64,000 nucleotides of DNA from a virus. This document shows positions 28,452 to 36,262 of this stretch, in pieces (the first letter of the stretch is position 1; each line of letters opens with the position of its first letter). Below the pieces are notes generated by a model that did no database searches, was not told where the DNA came from, and was given only the letters and a program-made list of their open reading frames with translations. Where the stretch lies: IMG/VR virus record IMGVR_UViG_3300046171_000138; one strand, written 5' to 3'. The position numbers were made by a program, and so were the translations under genes.

Positions 28452-29354
28452 ATGCCTAACTCAAATTTACGCGATCTGCTCGGGATTGTAACAACTGATT
28501 CAATCAAAGGTTTAGCATCTGCCGATGCTACGACTAAACTACCCGCATATCCTAGTCAGGGATATAGAACAATGTACATCACTGCACAGTGTGGTGCTAC
28601 TTGTGATGATTGGACGAGTAACTATAGTTACTACGACTATCCCGATTGGAAAGTTCCTGCTAATACTACCCAAATCATTTTTGAGATTTGGGGTGCTGGC
28701 GGTGGCGGCGGTGATGGTTGTTGCTGTACTCGTGGTGTACCTGGTTCTTCTGGTGCTTATGCATATAAGATGCTATCTGGTTCTGATGTAGTTCCTGGTT
28801 GTGCTTATGCTATGGACATTGGTCAGGGTGGTAGATCAAGGCAGGGTCCTGCTTGTGGTCAACAAGGTAGCAAAACTTCTGTTATTGGATACGGTCTATC
28901 CAACTTCTGTGCTGATGGTGGATATGGTGGTTGCTCTTGCTGCTACATGTGTTGCTGTACTTGGGGTACGCTATGCAATGTGTGCTGTAACGGTCCTTGC
29001 GCTTTGTATTACGGCGCTAGCGGCGGTGCATATGGCAATCCAGGTGCTGGTACGATGTGGTGTGAAAATAATCACTGCTGGAACAAGCAACACATTCCTT
29101 ATCCAGGCGGTCTAGTTAATGGTAAAGGTGGTTGGTTGCCTGGTACACAATGCGAAAACACTGGTTGTGGATATTGTCTCAATCACTGGGCAGTTGCTCA
29201 ACTTGGTTGGGGTGGATCACATAGTGATCACAACTATGTTCCTGGCACTGGCGGTCCTTCTGCATGGGTTTGTGGTGGCGGTTGCTGCCGTGGTCAACAT
29301 GGAAACCCTGGTATGATCCGCATTTCATACAAGCAATCCGAACGCGGATATTGA
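28452..29354 (+). CDS. Cys-rich Gly-rich-domain protein, paralogue 3
   Basis: SNLRDLLG; FEIWGAGGGGGDGCCC; NFCADGG; GGGCC...GNPGMIRISY; about 26 Cys in 300 aa by hand count. Confidence 0.7.
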   Translation: MPNSNLRDLLGIVTTDSIKGLASADATTKLPAYPSQGYRTMYITAQCGATCDDWTSNYSYYDYPDWKVPANTTQIIFEIWGAGGGGGDGCCCTRGVPGSSGAYAYKMLSGSDVVPGCAYAMDIGQGGRSRQGPACGQQGSKTSVIGYGLSNFCADGGYGGCSCCYMCCCTWGTLCNVCCNGPCALYYGASGGAYGNPGAGTMWCENNHCWNKQHIPYPGGLVNGKGGWLPGTQCENTGCGYCLNHWAVAQLGWGGSHSDHNYVPGTGGPSAWVCGGGCCRGQHGNPGMIRISYKQSERGY

Positions 29355-29364
29355 TTCCATAGTT

Positions 29365-29372
29365 TATAAATA
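29365..29372 (+). promoter_or_regulatory. T4 late promoter (TATAAATA)
   Basis: Perfect consensus upstream of 29416. Confidence 0.75.
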
Positions 29373-29415
29373 ATACAGCAAAGAAAACCCAAGGATTAAA
29401 CAAGAGATTACTATC

Positions 29416-30174
29416 ATGGCGAATATTTCAAAACCAGTAACTTACAACTTGCCTGACGAGTATACCAAGCAAACTAGTGATCTTGGTCTTACGGCAGAAT
29501 TTACCTACAAAGGTCCAGAGTATCTCTGGGTTTTTGTAGACGGCGAAACAGGTGCTCTTCTACCATCTCAATCGTTCATTGCTACTATCAACCCAACTAG
29601 GGATGAAGAGCAAGCTCGTGTACGTGCAGGTCTAGACGAAAAGGCAGTTCTTCTTCGTCCTAATACAAACGGAACAGATCTTCTACTAGCATCTATTCTA
29701 CTCGGACAAGATACTGGCAAAGCAACTGGTTATCCACAGAAAGAATACAAATTCCCTGCTGGTCATGCAAGAGCGGGTGAAACGTATTACGAGCGTCCCG
29801 ATCCCCAGCAACCAAACCATACTTACGCAGTAGACGAGATCATGTATGATCTTGCAAATGATTCCTGGGTTACTCCTTTCCCTTGGTTCAAGCCTTGGAT
29901 GACCGAAGAATTCCATAAGGAAGCAAGAGACTCTGCTCTCGAAGGCAATAGGGTCTTCTATGCAGAGATCAAAGGTAATATGACTGCTGATCAGATTGCA
30001 GCAGCAGACGCATGGATCGCTGCAATGGAAAATCTTTACACAGATTTTGCTGGTGTTGAACCATTCATGATTCCATTCCCTGAAAACCCATTGGGAGAAT
30101 TGGTTGAAGACTACGACTATAACGTAGATCCTGACAACCGTTTGGATGACACAAAAACTGACGGTGCTGTCTGA
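29416..30174 (+). CDS. Hypothetical protein, possibly a fibre assembly chaperone (Tfa-like C-terminus)
   Basis: Directly follows the adhesin-like genes. C-terminal helix then PFPENP recalls tail-fibre assembly proteins (weak similarity). Confidence 0.5.
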   Translation: MANISKPVTYNLPDEYTKQTSDLGLTAEFTYKGPEYLWVFVDGETGALLPSQSFIATINPTRDEEQARVRAGLDEKAVLLRPNTNGTDLLLASILLGQDTGKATGYPQKEYKFPAGHARAGETYYERPDPQQPNHTYAVDEIMYDLANDSWVTPFPWFKPWMTEEFHKEARDSALEGNRVFYAEIKGNMTADQIAAADAWIAAMENLYTDFAGVEPFMIPFPENPLGELVEDYDYNVDPDNRLDDTKTDGAV

Positions 30175-30183
30175 TTAGTTTTG

Positions 30184-30192
30184 TGGTATAAT
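30184..30192 (+). promoter_or_regulatory. Possible sigma70 extended -10 element (TG-G-TATAAT)
   Basis: TGGTATAAT immediately upstream of the terminator hairpin; no convincing -35. Confidence 0.4.
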
Positions 30193-30193
30193 G

Positions 30194-30219
30194 AGAGGGT
30201 CTTCGGACCCTCTTTTTTT
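30194..30219 (+). terminator. Rho-independent terminator with C(UUCG)G tetraloop
   Basis: AGAGGGTC-TTCG-GACCCTCT followed by TTTTTT. Confidence 0.85.
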
Positions 30220-30789
30220 ATGCTTAAATATCCTGATCTACGTGATCACATATTCGTACACAAACTCATCCCAGATAATCTATGCGATAAACTAATTACA
30301 AGACTCGATAAAAGACCATGGAAAGATCATAAATGGTATGACGCTGGTCTTAAACAAGATATAGAAGAAGCAGATTTTCAAACTTTGAAAGATGATACTG
30401 CTTCTGGAAAAATATATCCTTTGATTCAAGATCTTTGTATCGCATACCACGACAAGTATCATCAACCAGAAAATACAAATTCAGATTTATTCTGGTCTGT
30501 AGCTTCTAATATCAAGTTCAACAAATATACTGAAGGGGATAGCATCAAACCACATCACGATCATATTCATGATATGTTTCAAGGTGATCTACGTGGTATT
30601 CCAGTCACTAGTATTATTGGAGTTCTAAATGATGATTACCAAGGCGGTGAATTACTTTTTTGGAATGATCATAAAGTAGAATTAAAGAAAGGTGAGGTAG
30701 TTGCATTCCCATCAGTATTTTTATATCCCCATCAGGTTACTACAGTAACCAAAGGAACAAGATACTCTTGGGTTGCATGGTGCGTTTAA
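30220..30789 (+). CDS. 2OG-Fe(II) oxygenase (prolyl-4-hydroxylase-like)
   Basis: KYTEGDSIKPHHD (HxD), LNDDYQGGEL, FPSVFLYPHQV (His), GTRYSWVAW (Arg). ATG 30220 is preferred over TTG 30181. Confidence 0.9.
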   Translation: MLKYPDLRDHIFVHKLIPDNLCDKLITRLDKRPWKDHKWYDAGLKQDIEEADFQTLKDDTASGKIYPLIQDLCIAYHDKYHQPENTNSDLFWSVASNIKFNKYTEGDSIKPHHDHIHDMFQGDLRGIPVTSIIGVLNDDYQGGELLFWNDHKVELKKGEVVAFPSVFLYPHQVTTVTKGTRYSWVAWCV

Positions 30790-30807
30790 CCCCCCTGAAG
30801 ACCTCAC

Positions 30808-30814
30808 CTAAATA
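30808..30814 (+). promoter_or_regulatory. Late-promoter variant (CTAAATA) upstream of the sugar-modification operon
   Basis: Intergenic, 28 nt before the ATG at 30842. Confidence 0.5.
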
Positions 30815-30841
30815 AAGTATATAAATCATTAGCAACTGATT

Positions 30842-31990
30842 ATGAGACCTAAATCATTTTTTGTCAATGGTGGTGCTGGACGTGTGCTTTGTTCAATACC
30901 TGCATTTGAGAAATATCAAGAGGAACATCCCGACGAGGATTTCCTAATTATCTGTGAAGGAGGTACAGACTTCTTCAAAGGTCATCCGACACTTTACGGT
31001 AAAGTGTATGACCACTGGCACAAAAATATCTTTCGAGATAAACTTATTCATACAGATGTTAAAACACCTGAACCATATAGGGTGTGGGAATACTACAATC
31101 AAAAATGTAATCTATCCCAAGCATTTGATATTGAGATCAATGGGAAAGGTGTAAGAGAACTACCCAAACCAACTATCAAACTTTCTAAAGAAGAACAAGT
31201 AAATGGAAAGTTTGTTGTTGCAGAAGTAAGACAAAAGACAAACAAGAAAAAGACAGTTGTTTTTCAACCTTTTGGTAGAGGAGTTCAAACTGTTGGAAAT
31301 ATCATTACCGATTCTTCTGGAAGAAGTTTTGAGTTTAAGAATGTTATTTCTATCATGAAACGTTTGCAGAAAAAGTATTCTGTAATCCTGATGTCAGAGT
31401 TTGGATTTGATTTTGAAAAAGAAGGATTGAGAGATACTGTTTCTTTTCCTGCTGGAAATCAAGTTCCTTTGCGAGGATGGGCTGGCATTATTAAAGAAGC
31501 AGATCTATTCCTAGGATGTGATTCCGTTGGTCAACACATTGCATATTCAGTAGGAACACCTGTGGTTTCTGTTATGGGATCTACTTTTGGTGTCAATGTT
31601 TCATATCCAGACCACGAGAAAGTAGATGTTCTTGATATGGGCGAAGGATTGAGATTGTATGATCCTATTCGTGTCTGTCCTGATGAAGAATCTGCAAGAG
31701 TAAATGATGGCATCATGATGATGAATGATAAAGTCGAAGAAGTTATCATGAAGTCTGTTGACAAACTGATGAACAGGTATTACACCAAACCAGAAATGGA
31801 GATTGTTCTCCCAGAATCTTATGGTGGTCCTCAAGAAGGATGTCCAACTTGTCCACCAGAAGCACCGCTATCAGCGCCAAAGCAGCAAGGATTGGGTCCA
31901 ATTGAATTGGAAGCTGCATCGAATGGAGTAAAGATCCCCTCACTAGAACCTAGTAAGAAAGGATTTTCTCAAACTGTAAAAGTAAATTGA
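30842..31990 (+). CDS. GT9-like (heptosyltransferase-fold) glycosyltransferase
   Basis: N-terminal GGAGRVLCSIPAF (compare GDxxxxxP) and C-terminal FLGCDSVGQHIAYSVGTPVVSVMG (compare DSGPMHLAAALGTP). Confidence 0.65.
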   Translation: MRPKSFFVNGGAGRVLCSIPAFEKYQEEHPDEDFLIICEGGTDFFKGHPTLYGKVYDHWHKNIFRDKLIHTDVKTPEPYRVWEYYNQKCNLSQAFDIEINGKGVRELPKPTIKLSKEEQVNGKFVVAEVRQKTNKKKTVVFQPFGRGVQTVGNIITDSSGRSFEFKNVISIMKRLQKKYSVILMSEFGFDFEKEGLRDTVSFPAGNQVPLRGWAGIIKEADLFLGCDSVGQHIAYSVGTPVVSVMGSTFGVNVSYPDHEKVDVLDMGEGLRLYDPIRVCPDEESARVNDGIMMMNDKVEEVIMKSVDKLMNRYYTKPEMEIVLPESYGGPQEGCPTCPPEAPLSAPKQQGLGPIELEAASNGVKIPSLEPSKKGFSQTVKVN

Positions 31991-31997
31991 GGTTATA

Positions 31998-33683
31998 ATG
32001 TCTGTTATTGTTTCGGTCGCCCGTGGTCATAACGGGAGTACGACTTTGTTGGTTGATGGCAAGGTAGTATTTTATCTGGAGGAGGAGCGACTGTCTCGCT
32101 TTAAGTATGATGGTTCTCCTCTACTTGGTTTGCAGAAAGTATTTGATTATGTAGATCACATTGATCATCTAGTAGTCTGTCATACCCATCGTCATGGTCC
32201 TGTTCTTGATTGGTCTGGCGAAGGTGCATATCAAGGATGGGTAAGAAAACTAGCTAGGAAAAGATTTGAGTTTCAGACTCACGAAATTGATACTATCCAT
32301 CACGAGATGCATGCTGCATGTGGTTTCTATAACTCTGGGTTTGAAACTGCTGCTTGTGTAATTGCTGATGGTGCTGGTAGTTTCCTACAGATTGGAGAAA
32401 TTGAAGATACCTGCTATGAGTTTGAAACTATTTTCAATGCATCATATCCTGGTGATTTTGATACTGTCTATAAGCATGTAGGTACAAAACAATCAATTGG
32501 TATGTCGGAACCAGAAGATAACATCTTTGTTACCGAGTACCCTGGTCATACTAAAATGTATGAAGCAGTAACACAATATTGTGGATTCCCCGCCATTGAG
32601 GCAGGTAAGCTCATGGGTCTTGCTCCATACGGCAACCCCAATGAAGACCTACCATCATTCTTTAATGGCGAGTGGGGTAATCGAAATCTGATTATTCCTA
32701 CTTATCCTAATGCAGCAATGCTTAATGTTTCTCGTTATGATGTCCTCAAAGAGGACGTTAAGAATCATGTTCAGGGTGAGTATACGGATGTTCAAAAGGA
32801 TCTCGCTTACAAGATTCAGGAACAAACTTCCGACCGTATGGTTCAGTTGATTCGCAAAGCACACGAATTGACTGGTGAAAAGAACATTGTAATTTGTGGT
32901 GGTTACGGTCTCAACTGCGTTGCAAACTACAAGTATTGGAAGGAGTTTCCTGATCTCAATATCTACTGTGAGCCTATCTCACATGACGGTGGTACTTCTA
33001 TTGGTGGAGCCAAATATGTCTACAACAAACTGAAGGAAACCGAGAAACCCAGTAAGCAAGAGTCTGTTTATTATGGTCCTCAATATGATCCTACTGGTTA
33101 CGAGGCAGACCTAGAAGGTCTAGAAGTTACCGACACTTCATATGATGATGTTGCTAAACTAATTCGTGAAGGTAGCATCGTAACAATCTATCAGGGTCGT
33201 TCCGAGGGTGGTCCTCGTGCATTGGGCAACAGATCTATTCTGTTCGATCCTACTATCAAAGATGGTAAAGATCATGTCAATGCAGTCAAGCACCGTGAAT
33301 GGTTCCGACCATTTGCTTGTTCCATTAAGAAAGAAGCAGTTCATGACTGGTTTGATCTAGCAGGTCGTGATGAGACACCTCACATGATGTATGCAGTCAA
33401 GTGTCATGATGGAGTAGAAGAAAAGATTCCTTCTGTTATTCATGTTGATAACACTTGCAGAATCCAGACAGTGACTCCAGAACAGAATGAACACTATTAT
33501 AATCTCATTGATGCATTTGATAAGATTTCAGGTGTTCCTATTCTGTTCAACACTTCTTTTAATCTTGGTGGAGACCCTCTGGTCGAGACAATCGAAGATG
33601 CAGTCAACACTTTGAGTAAGAGTGATATTGAATGGATGTATCTTCCAGAAATTCAGAAACTTGTTCATGTACCAAACGAATGA
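31998..33683 (+). CDS. O-carbamoyltransferase, NodU/CmcH family
   Basis: GHNGS, EEERLSR, HHEMHA, GKLMGLAPYG, GGYGLNCVAN, DGGTSIG, GPRALGNRSIL, KHREWFRPFA, NTSFNLGG. Confidence 0.95.
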   Translation: MSVIVSVARGHNGSTTLLVDGKVVFYLEEERLSRFKYDGSPLLGLQKVFDYVDHIDHLVVCHTHRHGPVLDWSGEGAYQGWVRKLARKRFEFQTHEIDTIHHEMHAACGFYNSGFETAACVIADGAGSFLQIGEIEDTCYEFETIFNASYPGDFDTVYKHVGTKQSIGMSEPEDNIFVTEYPGHTKMYEAVTQYCGFPAIEAGKLMGLAPYGNPNEDLPSFFNGEWGNRNLIIPTYPNAAMLNVSRYDVLKEDVKNHVQGEYTDVQKDLAYKIQEQTSDRMVQLIRKAHELTGEKNIVICGGYGLNCVANYKYWKEFPDLNIYCEPISHDGGTSIGGAKYVYNKLKETEKPSKQESVYYGPQYDPTGYEADLEGLEVTDTSYDDVAKLIREGSIVTIYQGRSEGGPRALGNRSILFDPTIKDGKDHVNAVKHREWFRPFACSIKKEAVHDWFDLAGRDETPHMMYAVKCHDGVEEKIPSVIHVDNTCRIQTVTPEQNEHYYNLIDAFDKISGVPILFNTSFNLGGDPLVETIEDAVNTLSKSDIEWMYLPEIQKLVHVPNE

Positions 33684-34078
33684 AAATATCTTTCGTAAAC
33701 GGATGTTTTGATGTGCTCCATCCTGGACACATCGAACTTCTAAAGTACGCTAGGTCTTTTGGAGACTATCTCATTGTTGCTATTGATTCCGATAGGAAGG
33801 TAGCAGAAATGAAAGGTCCCGAGAGACCTATTTTTTCGCAATTCGATAGACGGATGATGCTAGATGCCATCAGATATGTTGATGTAGTTCATGTGTTTGA
33901 TACCAGACAAGAACTAGAGGAGTTGCTGGAATCGCTTAAACCTGATACAATGGTAGTCGGTTCCGACTGGAAAGGAAAAGAAGTAGTAGGTTCACACTAT
34001 GCAAAATCAGTTCGGTTTTTTGATCGACAAGGAGACTACTCCACAACCCAAACAATTCAAGGTACTCCTTATCGGTGA
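33680..34078 (+). CDS. hldC: D-glycero-beta-D-manno-heptose-1-phosphate adenylyltransferase (RfaE/HldE domain II)
   Basis: NGCFDVLHPGH (HxGH), DSDRKV...KGPERP, GSDW, YSTT. ATGA overlap places the start at 33680. Confidence 0.85.
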   Translation: MKISFVNGCFDVLHPGHIELLKYARSFGDYLIVAIDSDRKVAEMKGPERPIFSQFDRRMMLDAIRYVDVVHVFDTRQELEELLESLKPDTMVVGSDWKGKEVVGSHYAKSVRFFDRQGDYSTTQTIQGTPYR

Positions 34079-34784
34079 TACCTGTACCGACAAGTATGTG
34101 TATGGTACAGTCACCAGAATCAGTCCTGAAGCACCAGTACCAGTCATGGTATACGATAGGGTAGAGACTGCCAAAGGCATGGCTTATAACGTCAGAGAGA
34201 ACCTGATGTCTTTTGGTAGTGAGGTTTATATGATGACTCATGAGTCTTCTATCACAAAGACTCGTTATGTAGATTCAAAATCTAATCAACAAATTATGAG
34301 ATTGGATGAAAATGATACTGCAGAAGATTTTGGATGGGAGTTACCAGAAGAACAATTTGATGTCATGGTCATCTCTGACTACAACAAAGGATTCCTTTCC
34401 GAAGAAAAGATTCAAGAACTGGTAGACTGGTTTAAGGGTCCTGTCTTTATCGATAGTAAGAAGACTCGATTACCTAAAGAGTGTTATATTAAAGTCAATG
34501 ATCGAGAAGCACAAAAATTAGAAGGAGACTACCCCAATCTAATTGTAACTAAAGGATCACAGGGATGTACTTATGATGGTATGTCTTTTCCTGGTATTAA
34601 TGTACCTGTATTTGATGTAGCAGGTGCTGGTGATACATTTCTAGCAACATTAGTTCATTTTTATCTGCTTTTAGGAACTATTGATCGTGCTATTCCATAT
34701 GCAAATAAAGCAGCAGCAATTGCCGTCACACACTTCGGCACCTATGTCCTATCCCAAGATGATGTAAATGAAATACGTTGTTGA
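33999..34784 (+). CDS. hldA: Heptose-7-phosphate kinase (RfaE/HldE domain I, PfkB family)
   Basis: LIGDTCTDKYVYG...RISPEAPVPV, ISDYNKG, DVAGAGDTFLA. Confidence 0.85.
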   Translation: MQNQFGFLIDKETTPQPKQFKVLLIGDTCTDKYVYGTVTRISPEAPVPVMVYDRVETAKGMAYNVRENLMSFGSEVYMMTHESSITKTRYVDSKSNQQIMRLDENDTAEDFGWELPEEQFDVMVISDYNKGFLSEEKIQELVDWFKGPVFIDSKKTRLPKECYIKVNDREAQKLEGDYPNLIVTKGSQGCTYDGMSFPGINVPVFDVAGAGDTFLATLVHFYLLLGTIDRAIPYANKAAAIAVTHFGTYVLSQDDVNEIRC

Positions 34785-35094
34785 TATTGATAATACTATC
34801 TGCACACCAACTGTAGGTAGAAACTATGAAGATGCTCAACCTTGGCATACCAGAATTGATAAAATAAATAAGTTGTATGATGAAGGTCATACAATAGTAT
34901 ACTTCACTGCTAGAGGAATGGGTAGGTTTGATGGAGATCCTGATGCAGCCTGGAAAGCAGCTCAACTCCTAACAGACTTAACCAGAGAACAATTAAATAC
35001 TTGGGGATGTAAGTATCACGATTTGATACTGGGAAAACCACACGCTGATTATTTTATTGACGACAAAGGAATTAATTCTAATGACTTCTTTTAA
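34768..35094 (+). CDS. Small HAD-family phosphatase (C0 cap)
   Basis: YVVDIDNTIC (DxDxT), FTARG, GKP, FIDDK. Confidence 0.85.
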   Translation: MKYVVDIDNTICTPTVGRNYEDAQPWHTRIDKINKLYDEGHTIVYFTARGMGRFDGDPDAAWKAAQLLTDLTREQLNTWGCKYHDLILGKPHADYFIDDKGINSNDFF

Positions 35095-35431
35095 ACACGT
35101 ACCTAAAGGTTGGGGATACGAAAAGTGGATTGTCAATAATGACAAATACTGTGGAAAACTTTTATTCTTTGAACCAGGGAAGAAATGTTCTTGGCACTAT
35201 CATCAGTTAAAAGAAGAAACATTCTACATTCACTCGGGTAAGATACAATTAGTATATGGATATGAGGATGATTTTGCTGATGCAGATACAGTAATATTAA
35301 AACCTGGAGACAAATTTGAAGTCCCCAGGTTATTGCGTCATCAGATGTTAGGTTTAGAAGAGACGGAAATGTATGAGTTCTCTACGACACACTTTGACTC
35401 TGATTCCTATCGAGTAGTGAAAGGTGACTGA
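35081..35431 (+). CDS. Cupin-fold sugar isomerase-like protein
   Basis: VPKGWGYE...CSWHYHQLKEETFYI...H...EFSTTHFDSDSYRV. ATG 35081 is preferred. Confidence 0.8.
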   Translation: MTSFKHVPKGWGYEKWIVNNDKYCGKLLFFEPGKKCSWHYHQLKEETFYIHSGKIQLVYGYEDDFADADTVILKPGDKFEVPRLLRHQMLGLEETEMYEFSTTHFDSDSYRVVKGD

Positions 35432-36206
35432 TGTATGTCTCAATTGAGATGAACTCTTTGTTCTCCCACTTAAAATTAGCAACAGTATTGTATTGATACT
35501 TGTCCTTCAAATGTTCGGGGAAGGGGATCTCTTTGATCTCCGCCCCGAATTTTTTTGCGATAATTTCTGCTACCTGTCTGAATGAATAACATCTACCAGA
35601 TCCAAGATCATAGATGCCAGACTCTTCTCCATTGTTATCTACAATATCTACAACGTCATCTACCCATATAAAATCTCGGAACATCTTTTCAGATCCCTCA
35701 AAAATTTCAATCACACCTTTCTCTACTGCTTGCTCTGCAAACTTGCTTACAGGACTGCGTTGATTACCTTTGTGTTCTTCACCTAGACCATATACATTGA
35801 AGAATCTAAATCCTTGAATAAGCTCAAACCTATCAATATTTTCAGACACCCAAAGATCTACAGCAACCTTTGACTTTGCATACAGGTTGAGAGGATCTAG
35901 TCCACCATCATGCTTGTTACCATATACAGAAGCAGATGAAGCATACTTAACTGGGATGCCATGTTCGATAGCAATCTCAAATAATCTAATAGAAAATTCT
36001 ACGTTAAAGCAATTAAGTCTTTCTTCGTCAGTACATGTCGTGGAAGAGATAGCTCCCATGTGAATAATTTCATCAATGTCTTTCCATCCATGGAAGTTCT
36101 CAAGCATTGCCCATGCATTGTAATCCTCTACACCAATGAATGGTTTATGTTTTTCTGCAAACTTCTTACCAATAAATCCATTGCACCCAGTAATCAGTTT
36201 AGGCAT
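35382..36206 (-). CDS. hldD: ADP-L-glycero-D-manno-heptose-6-epimerase
   Basis: ITGCNGFIG, HMGAISSTT, YASSASVYG, PLNLYAKSK (YxxSK), FRFFNVYG.GE.HKG, RDFIWVDD, YQYNTVA. Start MPKLITG at 36206. Confidence 0.9.
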   Translation of the reverse strand: MPKLITGCNGFIGKKFAEKHKPFIGVEDYNAWAMLENFHGWKDIDEIIHMGAISSTTCTDEERLNCFNVEFSIRLFEIAIEHGIPVKYASSASVYGNKHDGGLDPLNLYAKSKVAVDLWVSENIDRFELIQGFRFFNVYGLGEEHKGNQRSPVSKFAEQAVEKGVIEIFEGSEKMFRDFIWVDDVVDIVDNNGEESGIYDLGSGRCYSFRQVAEIIAKKFGAEIKEIPFPEHLKDKYQYNTVANFKWENKEFISIETYISHLSLLDRNQSQSVS

Positions 36207-36221
36207 AGTATTGTAGACAGG

Positions 36222-36229
36222 TATAAATA
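36222..36229 (+). promoter_or_regulatory. T4 late promoter (TATAAATA)
   Basis: Perfect consensus upstream of 36263. Confidence 0.75.
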
Positions 36230-36262
36230 AGTATAACACAGAAGGACTATAGCGACAACCAG

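Noticed and set aside
21624-29354. Diversity-generating retroelement suggested by the Mtd-like domain and variable adhesins
   Set aside because: There is no reverse transcriptase, Avd or adenine-mismatched TR/VR pair in the window, and the Mtd-like protein lacks the C-type lectin variable region.
26518-29372. Selenocysteine recoding in the Cys-rich genes
   Set aside because: There are no internal in-frame TGA codons. The only TGA stop (29352-29354) is followed by a TAA five codons later and a late promoter.
33999-34078. Frameshift fusing the adenylyltransferase and kinase into a bifunctional HldE
   Set aside because: Each ORF has its own ATG and complete motif set. The 80-nt overlap keeps the transferase YSTT terminus, and overlaps are common in this operon.
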